The notes below the pieces were generated by a model. That model saw only the letters and a program-made list of their open reading frames with translations. It ran no database searches and was not told the DNA's origin. A program made the translations under genes and the position numbers. Source: Dipteris shenzhenensis (lineage: Eukaryota). From it: a DNA stretch of 64,000 bases. Each line of letters opens with the position of its first letter. The stretch's first letter is position 1. Shown here in pieces: positions 26,199 through 38,179 of the stretch. The stretch lies in the NCBI GenBank assembly GCA_047967505.1, contig CM106538.1. The stretch is one strand, 5' to 3'.

Positions 26199-26969
26199 TA
26201 TCTAATCAATAAGAAAGAGATATTAATTAGTATACACCAAAATCAACTAACCTTCATGCTTAGAAAATGACAATGCAAAGACCACACACCTAAGAAAATG
26301 ACACCATTGATAGAAGAATCCTCAAATTTACACATGCATAATAAAAAAGAAATATATTGACATATTAGAACAAATGAAACAAATTATCAACATAAGAACG
26401 AATTTCATACTATGGAATACAACAAGCACGCGTTCCCATATAATGTTTTGGCAAAATTGCCCAGTGAGGACCACAAAGTCCCATTCCCATTCTAGAAGAA
26501 AAAAGAGAAAACACTAATGTAGCATATCCTTTTTTAATAATGGGGAATGACTCCCCACACTAAATGATGACAATATCCATAGCATCAACTTCTTCTTGTT
26601 CATCTTATTCCGTATACTTTTCACGATGTCTCTCATGTAATCAGGGACAACTCTCCCAACTGTGTCTAATTCATATTATTCCTTATACCTTTCATGATGT
26701 CTCTCATGTAATCAGGGACAAACTCTCCCCTAGTTTACTACATTGATAATGGAACTACTAATCATATGAATCCAAGAGTGATGGAAACAATTTGTCTAAT
26801 GCAATGGAAGGAGAGCAATTGAATTGCTGAGAGGGGGTCAATACCAAACCAATCACAATTGAAACCTTCATGCCAATACTGAACTAGTAGACTTACAATA
26901 CCAAACGAGAGATCGATTCTACCGCACCCTAGACTTCCCACCACTGAACCAGATACATCTAGACTTGTA

Positions 26970-27570
26970 GGGGGGGGCTCAACACCGAGCCCCCCTTTGG
27001 GGCTTGTAGCAAAGAACATATGTGTAGACTAGTATGGGGGGCTCAGCACCGAGCCCCCCTTTTTGACTTGTTGCAAGTAGCTAGAATTGAGATTGATAGG
27101 GGGGATGGATTGTCCCAATAATAGACGTGTATATTTTGTTGAGCCCCCCTTTTTGACTTGTTGCAAACAACAAGAATAAGATGAGCATTATTCCATGGGG
27201 AACGTGTTTCCTCTTTTGTACTTCCCATCCACTGCCTTGCCATAAAAAAATTTCATTATGAAGACTTGTGGGGGGCTTGGCACCGAGCCCCCCATTTGCT
27301 TCCAAAAGACAACAGATAGAAATATTGAGAGGGGGGGCTCAATCCCTCGATTTGCTTTGTTGTAGGGCTTTGTGAGTTGCAGACGTTGCTCAGAAAGAAA
27401 TGTCAAAAGTTTGGTATGGCAACGGGGTGGAGACGGAGATGGGCTGTCGTGAGGATGGTGAAGCCCTATGGAAGGATGATGACAGAATAGAGCAGCATCA
27501 TCTTCTCAAAGAATCATAGGGGAGGGCTCGACGAGAATCATAGGGGGGGCTCAGCACCGAGCCCCCCCCT
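26970..27570. repeat. Cluster of GC hairpins GGGGGGCTC-N6-GAGCCCCCC
   Basis: Full copies at 26972-26995, 27036-27059, 27270-27293 (one mismatch), 27543-27569; half-sites near 27141, 27330, 27520. Confidence 0.85.
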
Positions 27571-27615
27571 TTTGCTTTGTTCAAGGATGAATAGTAGAGA
27601 ATCCTGGGAGGGGGG

Positions 27616-27971
27616 TCTTGAGATATCGAGCTCCACTCGTGATATGCCAGGGTGACCGTTGTGCATTTATGTCACTGACTTGTTAGCTGTAGATGCGGTT
27701 GGTACACCGCCCATGAATAATAGCTGGATGATAGCTATTTTTATGTATTCTAGTTAGTGGCTCAGTTAGTATGCCACCTAGGTTAGCTGAGTTTGGTTTG
27801 AGACCCACGTATAGGGTTCACCTACTCCTTTTGTACTTAGAGAGAGTTCTTTTGGCTTTCATAACTAATAAGAGGAAAACTATTTTCAGCCTCCACCTTT
27901 GTGTGTATTCCCCCATTGTGTATGTGAGAAAGTTGCAAGTGAGACTCCTTACTTCTCTCCCACTCTCTTCA
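27616..27971 (+). repeat. C2 5' LTR
   Basis: Homologous to 32415-32764, 57489-57839 and 61230-61337; ends TTCA before the PBS. Confidence 0.9.
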
Positions 27972-28519
27972 CATGGTATCAAAGCTCGGTTCATGGTAAG
28001 GAGCTCAAGAAAGCAAACCAAGTTCACGGTGTCTTGGTAAGAGGATCAATGTTGCTTTCCTTTTTTGAGTTTGGAAGCAAATCTGTGTAGGTAGCATAAC
28101 CGGAAAGTGCAAGAGTGCACTGTCTCAGATTGGGACACCCTTCGCAGTGTGGCGAGAGGACAGTATATGCTGCGGGAGTGGGCAAAGCACTTGGTGACAT
28201 TATTTTTTTGATTAAAGGCCATTTCGGGGCCCGTTTTGCTGGCAGAAGTTTCTCGCAACCACTCAAAAAAGTGCCCTGTTTTTTGCTGTGCGACCATTGT
28301 TCCATAAGTCAATGAAAAGTTGCGAAAGAAATTGCATTGTATCCTTGTGCACATAGATACTGGGAGTGACAGAATTATTCTTATTGCCTGTTGATGCAAA
28401 ATCATCACTAGGAAGTGACTGTGTGGTCAAATACCACTTTCGTCAGTTTTGCAGATTTGCTCTTGTGAGGCAGAAGTTTTGTTTTTTGTAGTGACATAAT
28501 ATTTTTGCAGTGTTCTGTA

Positions 28520-31500
28520 ATGGCGTCAGATGCTCTTTCACAGATAGTCGCTGAAAATCTTGGCAAGAACAACTTCCAAGCATGGAAGTTTAGAATGGAA
28601 AAGTGAAGTGTTTGGGCATTTCAAAGCCTTTAAAGCTATGGTTGAGAAAGAAATAGGCTTGCAAATAAAATGCCTAACATCAGATGGAGGGGGAGCGCAC
28701 CTCTCAAATGAGTTTGCAAGGTTCCTGCAGGAGCATGCCATAAAGCAGCAATATTCATGGAGTCATACCCCACAGCAAAATGGACTTGCAGAAAGGAAAA
28801 ACAAGCATATTGGAGAGGTATCTCATGCCATGCTCAACGAAAAAGACTTGCCATATATTATTGGGCTAAAGCAGCTGCTACAGTAGTCTACATAATGAAC
28901 AGGACTCCCACTGCAGCAATACATGGCATGATGCCAGAGGAGAGGTATACTGGTAGGAAACCAGATATTTCTCATTTGAAAGTTTTTGGTTGCATTGCGT
29001 ATGCTCATGTGCCAGATGAGTTGAGATCCAAGTTGGATCCAAAAGCAGAGAAGTGCATCTTTATTTGTTATTCTCTGCAACAGAAAGGGTATAGATGCTA
29101 TAACCCTTCTACTCGTAAGTTTATAGTGAGCAAAGATGTTGTTTTTGATGAGATGAGTAGCTGGTATAAACCAATAAATGTGATGATTGATGTAGATACA
29201 CAAAATGGTAATGCTGCACAGAATTCAATGCAATAGTCACAAAATATCAGTGGACCTGCAGTGTCCTCTAGTAGTGGTTCACATACTTCACCATGGACAG
29301 GCAGATTGAGATCAGGAGAATCTCCTCAAAGTAATGCAGATAGTGGTACGCAGGTATCACGAAAAGGAAAAGAGAAGGTAGATCAACCCATGTTTGATGT
29401 GAATGCAGGTCACTCTTATGTGGATGGTGAATCCAGTGGCTCCAAACAGAGCATTGATGATGAGTTGGGTATTCCTTCTGTTGTTACACCTGGAGTAAGG
29501 AAGACCAGGGATGTTTTTGAGAGCACCTGGAAGTGAGCCTATTTTGCACAGGTCTACCAGGGTCAGGTATCCTGTGGATAGGCTGAAATATGATGGATTT
29601 ACAGCCATTCACTATGCCTATATGGTCAACAGGAACCAAAACCCACTTCTTTTGAGCAAGCCATGGGAAATGAAAAATGGGAGAAAGCCATGGATGAAGA
29701 AATGGATGCCTTGGAAGCAAATGCTACATGGGAATTGTTTCCTTTGCCTAAAGACAAGAATGCAATTGGCTATAAGTGGGTTTATAAGGTGAAGCACAAT
29801 GCAGATGGTTCTATGAACAGATACAAGGCAAGATTAGTTGTCAAGGGGTATGCACAGACATATGGCATTGATTATGAAGAAACATTCAATCCGGTTGCAA
29901 GGATGGCAACCATAAGAGTAGTCATTGCTATGGCTACATCAAAGGGATGGTCTTTACATCAGATGGATGTAAAGAATGCCTTCTTGCATGGTGATTTGCA
30001 AGAAGAGGTCTTTATGGAGCAGCCACCAGGTTATGTTCATGCTATTCATCCTGAGTTTGTTTGCAGGTTGAAGAAAGCCTTGTATGGCTTGAAGCAAGCA
30101 CCTAGAGCATGGTCAGACAAGATAGGACAATATCTTGTAACTATTGGATTTCAGATTTCCAAGGCAAATTTCTCACTTTATGTGAGAAAAACAGAGAAAG
30201 GTATTATGCTGCTTGTCATTTATGTTGATGATTTGATCATCACAGGTGATAGTGATGAAGATATCCTTCATGTGAAAATGCTATTGAAGCAAATGTTTAA
30301 GATCAAGGATTTGGGAGAGCTGCGTTATTTCTTGGGCATTGAGGTGATTAGATCACCAAGTGGGATACGGCTCTTGCAGAGGCAGTATGGATTGGACATG
30401 CTATCCAAATATGGGATGACAGGCTCTAAGCCTATTTCAGTTCCTTTGGAGTAGAATGTGAAGTTGAGTGCAGATGCAGGAGAGCTTCTAGAAGACCTTA
30501 GTATGTACAGATGCATAGTAGGAAGTTCTATTTATATGACTATTACCAGGCCAAATTTGAGCTATGTTATTGGGTTGGTAAGTCAGTTTATGCAGGCTCC
30601 AAGGAAACTGCATTTGGATGCGGCTAGATGCATACTGAGGTATGTGAAGTCCACATTGTAGTATGGACTATTTTATGAGACTGGGGTTCAGATACAGTTG
30701 CATAGATACATTGATGCTGATTGGGCTGGTAGTATTTCTGATAGACGATCTACTAGTGGATATGTGTTCTCTTTTTGAGTGCTGCAGTCACTTGGAGCAA
30801 CAAGAAACAGCCTACAATTGCCTTGTCGAGCACAAAGGCTGAGTACAGGGGTGTAGCAATGGCTGCATGTGAGGTAGCTTGGTTGTGTAAGCTACTTTAT
30901 GATATGCATCACTCTACAGATGGGCCAGTTGTCATTTATTATGACAACATGAGCAGTATACACTTGGAATTGGTGCCTTTGCCTAAAGACAAGAATGCAA
31001 TTGGCTGTAAGTGGGTTTACAAGATCAAGCACAATGCAGATGGTTCTGTGAATAGATACAAGGCAAGATTAGTTGTCAAGGGGTATGCACAGACATATGG
31101 CATTGATTATGAAGAAACATTTAGTTCGGTTGCAAGGATGGCAACTGTAAGAGCAGTCATTGCTATGGCTGCATCAAAGGGATGGTCTTTACATCAGATG
31201 GATGTAAAGAATGCCTTCTTGCATGGTGATTTGCAAGAAGAGGTCTTTATGGAGCAGCCAGCAGGTTATGTTCATGCTATTTATCCTGAGTTTGTTTGCA
31301 GGTTGAAGAAAGCCTTGTATGGCTTGAAGCAAGCACCTAGAGCATGGTCTGACAAGATAGGACAGTATCTTGTCACTATTGGCTTTCAGATTTCCAAGGC
31401 AGATTTCTCACTCTATGTGAGAAAAACAGAGAAAGGGATTATGTTGCTTGTCATTTATGTTGATGATTTGATCATCACAGGTGATAGTGATGAAGATATC

Positions 31501-32454
31501 CTTCATGTGAAAATGCTATTGAAGCAGAAGTTTGAGATGAAGGATTTAGGAGAGCTGCGTTATTTCTTGGGCATTGAGGTGATTAGATCACCAAGTGGGA
31601 TACAGCTCTTGCAGAGGTAGTATGGATTGGACATGCTGTCCAAATATGGGATGACGGGTTGTAAGCCTATTTCAGTTCCTTTGGAGCAGAATGTGAAGCT
31701 GAGCACAGATGCAGGTGAGCTTTTGGAAGACCCTACTATGTACAGACGCATAGTAGGAAGTTTGATTTATATGACTATTACCAGGCCAGATCTAAGCTAT
31801 GCTGTTGGATTGGTAAGTCAGTTTATGCAGGCTCCAAGGAAACCGCATTTGGATGCGGCTAGACGCATACTTAGGTATGTGAAGTCCACATTGCAGTATG
31901 GACTAATTTATGAGGCTGGGGTTCAGATACAGTTGCATGGATACACTGATGCTGATTGGGCTGGTAGTATTTCTGATAGACAATCTACCAGTGCATATGT
32001 GTTCTCTTTTGGGAGTGCTGCAGTCACTTGGAGTAGCAAGAAGCCTCCAGTTGCCTTGTCGAGCACAGAGGCTGAGTACAGGGGTGCAGCAATGGCTGCA
32101 TGTGAGATAGCTTGGTTGCATAAGCTACTCTATGATATGCATCAGTCTACAGATGGGCCAGTTGTCACTTATTGTGACAACATGAGCAGTATACACTTGG
32201 CAAATAACCCAGTCTATCATGCTAGAACAAAGCACATTGAGGTGCATTATCACTATGTGCGGGAGAAGGTTTTACTAGGTCTTATTGATCTAGTTTATGT
32301 CAGCACAGAGGATCAGGTAGCTGACATATTCACGAAAGCATTGGGTGCAGAGAAGCTACGCAAGTTCAGAGACGTGCTTGCTGTGCAAGAATTGGGATTG
32401 AGCTTGAGGGGGAGTGTTGAGATATCGAGCTCCACTCGCGATATGCCAGGGTGA
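28520..32454 (+). pseudogene. C2 pol remnants (gag start fused to integrase, RT x2, RNase H)
   Basis: ORFs 28560-28886, 28757-29236, 29663-30454, 30775-31620, 31627-32454. Confidence 0.92.
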
Positions 32455-32764
32455 CCGTTGTGCATTTATGTCACCGACTTGTTAGCTACAGATGCAGTTG
32501 GTACACCGCCCATGAATAATAGCTGGATGATAGCTATCCTTATCTACACTAGTTCGTGGCTCAGTTAGTATGCCACCTTAGTTAGTTGAGTTTGGTTTGA
32601 GACCCACATATAGGGTTCTTCTATTTCTTTGTACTAGAGTTCTTTTGGCTTTCACAACTAAGAAGAGGAAAATTGTTTTCAGCCTCCACCTTTGTGTCTA
32701 TTCCCCCATTGTGCATGTGAGAAAGCCGCAAGTGAGACTCCTTCCCTCTCTCCCACTATCTTCA
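32415..32764 (+). repeat. C2 3' LTR
   Basis: Starts TGTTGAGATATC straight after the polypurine tract and ends TTCA. Confidence 0.92.
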
Positions 32765-32766
32765 TA

Positions 32767-32940
32767 GTTACTTATTGGGCATTGAGGTGATTAGATCCAC
32801 AAGTGGGATATGGCTCTTGCAGAGGCAGTATGGATTAAACATGCTGTCCAAATATGGGATGACAGGCTCTAAGCCTATTTCAGTTCCTTTGGAGTAGAAT
32901 GTGAAGTTGAGTGCAGATGCAGGAGAGCTTCTAGAAGACC
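32767..32940 (+). mobile_element. Isolated C2 RT fragment
   Basis: Matches 30325-30498. Confidence 0.85.
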
Positions 32941-32960
32941 TGTTCTAATGTAAATCCATA

Positions 32961-35834
32961 GTGGAGTTGATGACATGGCATGCATCTCATCGGTCCACTG
33001 ATCACACATTGAGGATTCCCACAGATTGTGCAGCTTGGAAGCACATAGATAATCAGTGGCCGGACTTTGCGAGGGAGCCACGCAACTTACATCTTGGGCT
33101 AGCCATGGACGGTGTGAATCCTTTTGGGTTACGCTTGACATCTTGGTCGACATGGCCCATAGTCGTGGTGAATTACAATATCCCACCATGGCTAACAATA
33201 AAAAAGGGACACCTCATGCTTGCACTACTTGTGCCAGGAAAGTACAATGCAAAAAACATGGATGTGTACATGGCACCTTTGATAGAGGAGTTACAGATTT
33301 TATGGAGAGGAGTGCAGGTCTTTGATATTTCCAGAGCTCCTAGACATACCAATGATATTTTGGTCAGGGGTATCTTGACGTGGACCATGCATGACTACCC
33401 AGGATATGGAGAGTGCACAGGTACGTGGTTGTGTCTTTAGATGTACGCGTGCAGGACTTGTTACAAGTGGGTACCATGCTTCTCCTGTTTGTGGACCGGC
33501 TCTAAAATCGCCTGCATGCTACTCCAAACATATGAGGAAAAATGTTTATGAAGGTCATGCTCGATACCTTCCGCTCGACCATCTCGCACATGGAGGTCAG
33601 CTTGATCCACCACCATCATATTTGAAGGCAAGTGATTGGATTCAAGCTTGGAGGGCAAATGGAGAGGAACCTCCTCTTGGTATGAAGAGGCTATCGATCT
33701 TTCACGAGCTTCCTTATTGGGGTCAGTTACAAATCAATCATCTCTTGGATCCCATGCATATCTTCAAGAATGTGGGGGCTACTATTTGGGCACACTTGGT
33801 TGGTTCCAAGGACTCGAGAGGAGTGCGAGAAGACTTGCGTGCTATGAATAGGATGTCTCGTTTGTGGCCCCAAGTGCATGCTTCGGGAAAAGTTGTCCTC
33901 TCGAAAGCAACATGGATCCTCTCTACGAGGGAGGAGGCAGCGGTCAAGGCAGACATTGCCTCTTTTCAAACACCGATAGGGTACATGCGTTGCTTGAAAG
34001 GAGCATTTTCAAAGGACAATAAGCTTAGTGGCCTCAAGTCCCATGATTGGCACAAGGTCTTACAGGTATTCCAAGTAGAATTAGCGTACCGATAATCCTG
34101 ATGCGTTAGCGTAATTATTATTATGTTATATTGTTGACATGACTTCATTGTTGCTTTGATAGTTCATCCTCCCAATTACAATAAAAGGGTGCTTACAAGA
34201 AGATGTTAGAAATGCTATATTCAAGATCTGTGGTATTGTGAGGTATGCTTACTATCAAATCGCATTATGTATTTTCTTCATGGACATGTGAAATAGGTGG
34301 ATATCTCAAATATCTTACATATGCATGGACATGTGAAATAGGTGGATATCTCAAAAAGAGATCTCTATATCTAGCATCGAGAAGGCTAGGGTGGAATCCA
34401 TCAAAGCCGTATGCTTGCTTGAGAAGCACTTTCCCTCGAGCATTATGACAACTCAAGTCCACTTGCTTGTGCACATAGTTGATGAGGTGGCTATAGCAGG
34501 TACCGTTCATAGTCGATGGATGTTTTTTCTCGAGCAGTTTATGAAAACTTTAAAGGGGTTTGTAAGACAAGGAGCAAGACCGGAAGCAAGCATGGCAGAG
34601 GGATGGCTTGTGCAAGAGTCATTAGTATATATCACAGAGTTTCTTGCATCCACGAATCCTGATATGCCGCAAGCTTGGCACAACAAGGATGATGATCGCA
34701 TCATTGGCGAAGTTCCCCAAGGAAAAGGGATTGAAAGAAAGATGAGCGAAGAGCAAATGGAGAAATTCAATAAGTTTTGTATCCTCAATAGCCCTGAGAT
34801 GCAGAAGTGGATTGAGAGATATGAAGTGGCCAAAGTAGAAAAAATAAATGCAAGGACGAGATTCAGAGTAATGTACAGGCGATCACAACCATATCCACGA
34901 GATCTGGCTCTTCTCCCTACTCACATGTCACTTGATTGGCTACAACTGGCTCTACGTAAAGCCGAACGTGATGGAGAGACAATAAACGAGCGCAAGCGAG
35001 AGTTATCATCTGGATGTATGGTGCATGTAAGTTTCTTACCTCTTGACATAATTAGGTAATTATTTGTGGCAATAGATGCATCTTCATTGTTTTAATGATG
35101 TTCTTTTACCATACAAAAAGTACAGTGCATTATGGTCATATGGACGACATTTTCACGTGGAACGCATCGATTCAAAGAGAGTCACATATGATTGTGGAGT
35201 CATGGCTAACTTCACACAAGATAGCTGAGCAAGTGCTTCAGATACCAATCTTCTCTCCTCACAGTTGGATTAATGTGGAACCATATGCGACATCTATGAA
35301 ATTGATTTCAGACGATTTACTATTTTCATTCTTGATGTAAAATGGTTTAGAACTACTTACAACGGTCCCCATGCGATAGTGAGAAAAGATAGTAGCGGTC
35401 TCTTTGCAATAGACTCCACCAAACATTGGACCGATGAAAGTGATACTTTTGTTCTTCCCGAGCACTATGAGCAGGTTCATATTAATGATTTAATTAGTCG
35501 AAGCTTTCGTTTTTAAAGTCCATTGATACATGTACTTGAGCATAATTTCATATATATAATTGATGACATTTGGCACCCATCTTCAATATAGGTGGTTTTT
35601 CATCCGGATCGTTCTGATCCAAGATGGTGGTACGTGATCCAAGTTGCACCACGAGGTAAGCAAATTTTTGAAGATCGAGATGTGGATATGGAGATGCCAC
35701 TACCAATGCCGGATCCAATTGATGAATCTAGCGAAGAAGATGTAGATCACCATATGAGCCAAGAGGAAAATGCGCATAATGACATTGCACGGTAGGAGGA
35801 TGGAGATGACGATATTGATGAAGAAGACAACAAT
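32961..35834 (+). pseudogene. En/Spm (Tnp2/TnpD-like) transposase, outer copy, truncated with stops
   Basis: LAMDGVNPF, TMHDYPG, LDPMHIFKN, GLKSHDWH, HLLVH, RWMFFLE; near-identical to 44107-47064. Confidence 0.92.
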
Positions 35835-35965
35835 CACTACAAGGCATAGGTCATTTTCCGACGGAAATACCGACGCTTTTTACATTAAAATTTTTTTTTT
35901 TCACGGGCGTAAAGGTCGCTATAAAAGTCGTTAAAATCGTCGGAAAAGGAGCGTCGCTATAAACC

Positions 35966-36110
35966 GTCGCTATATAGCGACGCTGTTAATCGTCGCTATA
36001 TAGCGACGATGTAAACGTCGCTATATAGCGACGATATAAACGTCGCTATATAGCGACTCTGTTAATCGTCGCTATATAGCGACACTGGTAAACGTCGCTA
36101 TATAGCGACG
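35966..36110. repeat. Left subterminal repeats: six copies of the palindrome GTCGCTATATAGCGAC
   Basis: Copies at ~25-bp spacing. Confidence 0.93.
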
Positions 36111-36386
36111 ATTAACAGAAGGTAAAAAAAATGGTTAGTGGGGCTAAACAGGGCCAAAAGGAAGCCCTGTTTAGCCCCACTAACCATTTTTTTTTTTTTG
36201 TAATTACAAAAGAAAGTTTTTTATAACAAAATTTCCCTTGCTTGCAGGGTGATACAAAATTGTTCTTGTGAACGATGAGGAAGAAATGCATATACATATA
36301 CAACTGTATTTGAAACAAAATTACCCTGTGAAAGGGCGATACAAAATGGCTCTAACGAGCGGATATGAAAAATGCTACTACCACTA

Positions 36387-37962
36387 CTAATCCGAATCCG
36401 AATCCGAATCGTCTTGTTGGGCTGTTCCCTGGTCCTCGGCACCTGCATCTTCTCCCTCGTCCCCGACACCTGCGTCTTCTCCTTCGTCATCGGCACCTGC
36501 GTCCGATCCTTGCCCCTGTTGATCGCTCGTCTCTGATGATGGGACGCTTGAGCTTTGACCCTGAGACTGAACCATATAAATCGAAAATTAGATTGGAACT
36601 TAAATTAAAAAGTGAGATTACAAGCAGGAGTAAACTTATACCGTGCGAGCAGCCACCTCAGCCCAATCGATTGTCGCTCCCATTGCCTCTTGCTCAATGA
36701 ACCACGGCTTGGTTCCTATCCGAAATAAGCGCCGCGTCTCTGCATCCGTAGGAAGACGACCCATCGCAGCTTGCTGTGGATCCAATTTACGAGAGTTAGA
36801 GTTAGCTAAAGTGCATGTAATATGTAAGTAAAACAAATAGAACAATACATTAAATGGAAAGAAGTAAACTTACCACGGTTGCCTCGAACGCATACCGTCC
36901 ACCTGCACCAAAGTGCGAAGTACCTACGACATCCAGCCGTCTCTTCGCAGCCCTCCTCTGACCCTCGAACATTTCAGGATGGTCCCTATTCTGCTTCTTC
37001 AAGAACTTCCAATCAGCTTTGTCTGCCCAGCTGGGTTTAGACAACCCCTTTGTAATGGAAGTACGCATGGTTGATCTGCGATGCTTTAGGACCAAACCCA
37101 TGCGCTCGAGCATATAACTATTATTAAACTCCACATTTGGCGGATTAGGAAATCTGAGTTTTAACTCATCGATCACCGCCTGCTTCTTTTGGCCATCTTG
37201 ATACCGCCAATCGATATTTATGCCGCTCTTGAAGTGATGACTCATCAACCGCCTCATGGCGGCCATCACTGCTTTGCCCTTTTTGTCTTCTATTATCTCT
37301 CCGGCAGATGTGATTTGATAGGAGAGATCCCCTGATGAGTAAGGGGGACTGACGGTAGCAGAGTCTGAAGGAGTGGAAGCTGCGCGACCGCTTCCGGATC
37401 GAGGAGTAGCTGTGGGAGTAGGAGAGGGAAAGGGACCTGACTGATACTGTGTCTCCGGACCAAGTGGAGACCTAAAGGAGCGTGAGTGTGCTGACTTGTC
37501 TACATCTCCTGAGTCAGCACAACATGAGCCGCCCATCCTACTCTTCCTTCCCTTGCGGGAGGCATGCGCAGGTGATGATCCCGCGGTCGAAGGGGCGCGA
37601 GGGGATGGCTGGGCTGTACGTCCACCCGTCGGTGTAGGGGAAGGAATTGCGGAGGTCCTCTGAGAGAGCAGAGAGAAGAATCTCGCTGCCTCCTCATCGC
37701 TCATCTACGCTACAAACTCGTCGGGAGTCCCAACAAAGCCATGCGCGGCTAGCAAAGGAGTCCCCTGAGGGGTAGTCGCAGTGCTACGTGGAAGAGGGGT
37801 CGGACCAGGGGTAGTCACAGTGCTAGGACCGAGAGGAGTCGGACCAGGGGTAGTCCTCGGGGTAGTCGCCTGAGAGGAATCAAAGTCCTCTGGAGCATAT
37901 AGATCGTGAGCTCTCCTCCTGCGAGGCTGTCCGTACTCGTCCGATGAGCGACGTGATCCCAT
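36387..37962 (-). pseudogene. CACTA second gene (TnpA/Ptta-En/Spm 'transposase_24'-like), three coding exons, one in-frame stop
   Basis: ATG 37962; exons ~37962-36874, 36773-36642, ~36565-36387 with GT-AG borders; W.YQD..KK.VIDELK..F, PSW.D..DW..L, HFGAGG; TAG at 37705-37707; acidic tail. Confidence 0.75.
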
Positions 37963-38179
37963 GTCTAACATAGACACAAACACGAAAACAGAAAACAAAT
38001 AAACAAACATGAGCATTCTCATAGGCATAGGCATAGGCAAGAAGAAAGAAGAGGGAAAGGAAAGAAGAGGGAAAGGAAAGAGGGAAAGAAGAGGGAAAGA
38101 TAAGAGGGAAAGAAGATGTAAAGGAAAGAAAAGAATGAGAACGAGGAAATAGAGAATGAGAGAAAGGGAAAGAGATGAG

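Larger units (their letters stand above)
27616..32764 (+). mobile_element. Ty1/copia element C2 with both LTRs, a gag-to-integrase deletion and an internal RT-RH duplication
   Basis: LTRs 27616-27971 and 32415-32764, PBS TGGTATCAAAGC 27974-27985, integrase TPQQNGLAERKN, RT YVDD twice, RH ADIFTKAL, PPT GAGGGGGAG; flanks show no matching TSD. Confidence 0.93.

Noticed and set aside
27611-32769. C2 as an intact insertion with a TSD
   Set aside because: The flanks GGGGG and TAGTT do not match, and the interior is deleted and duplicated.
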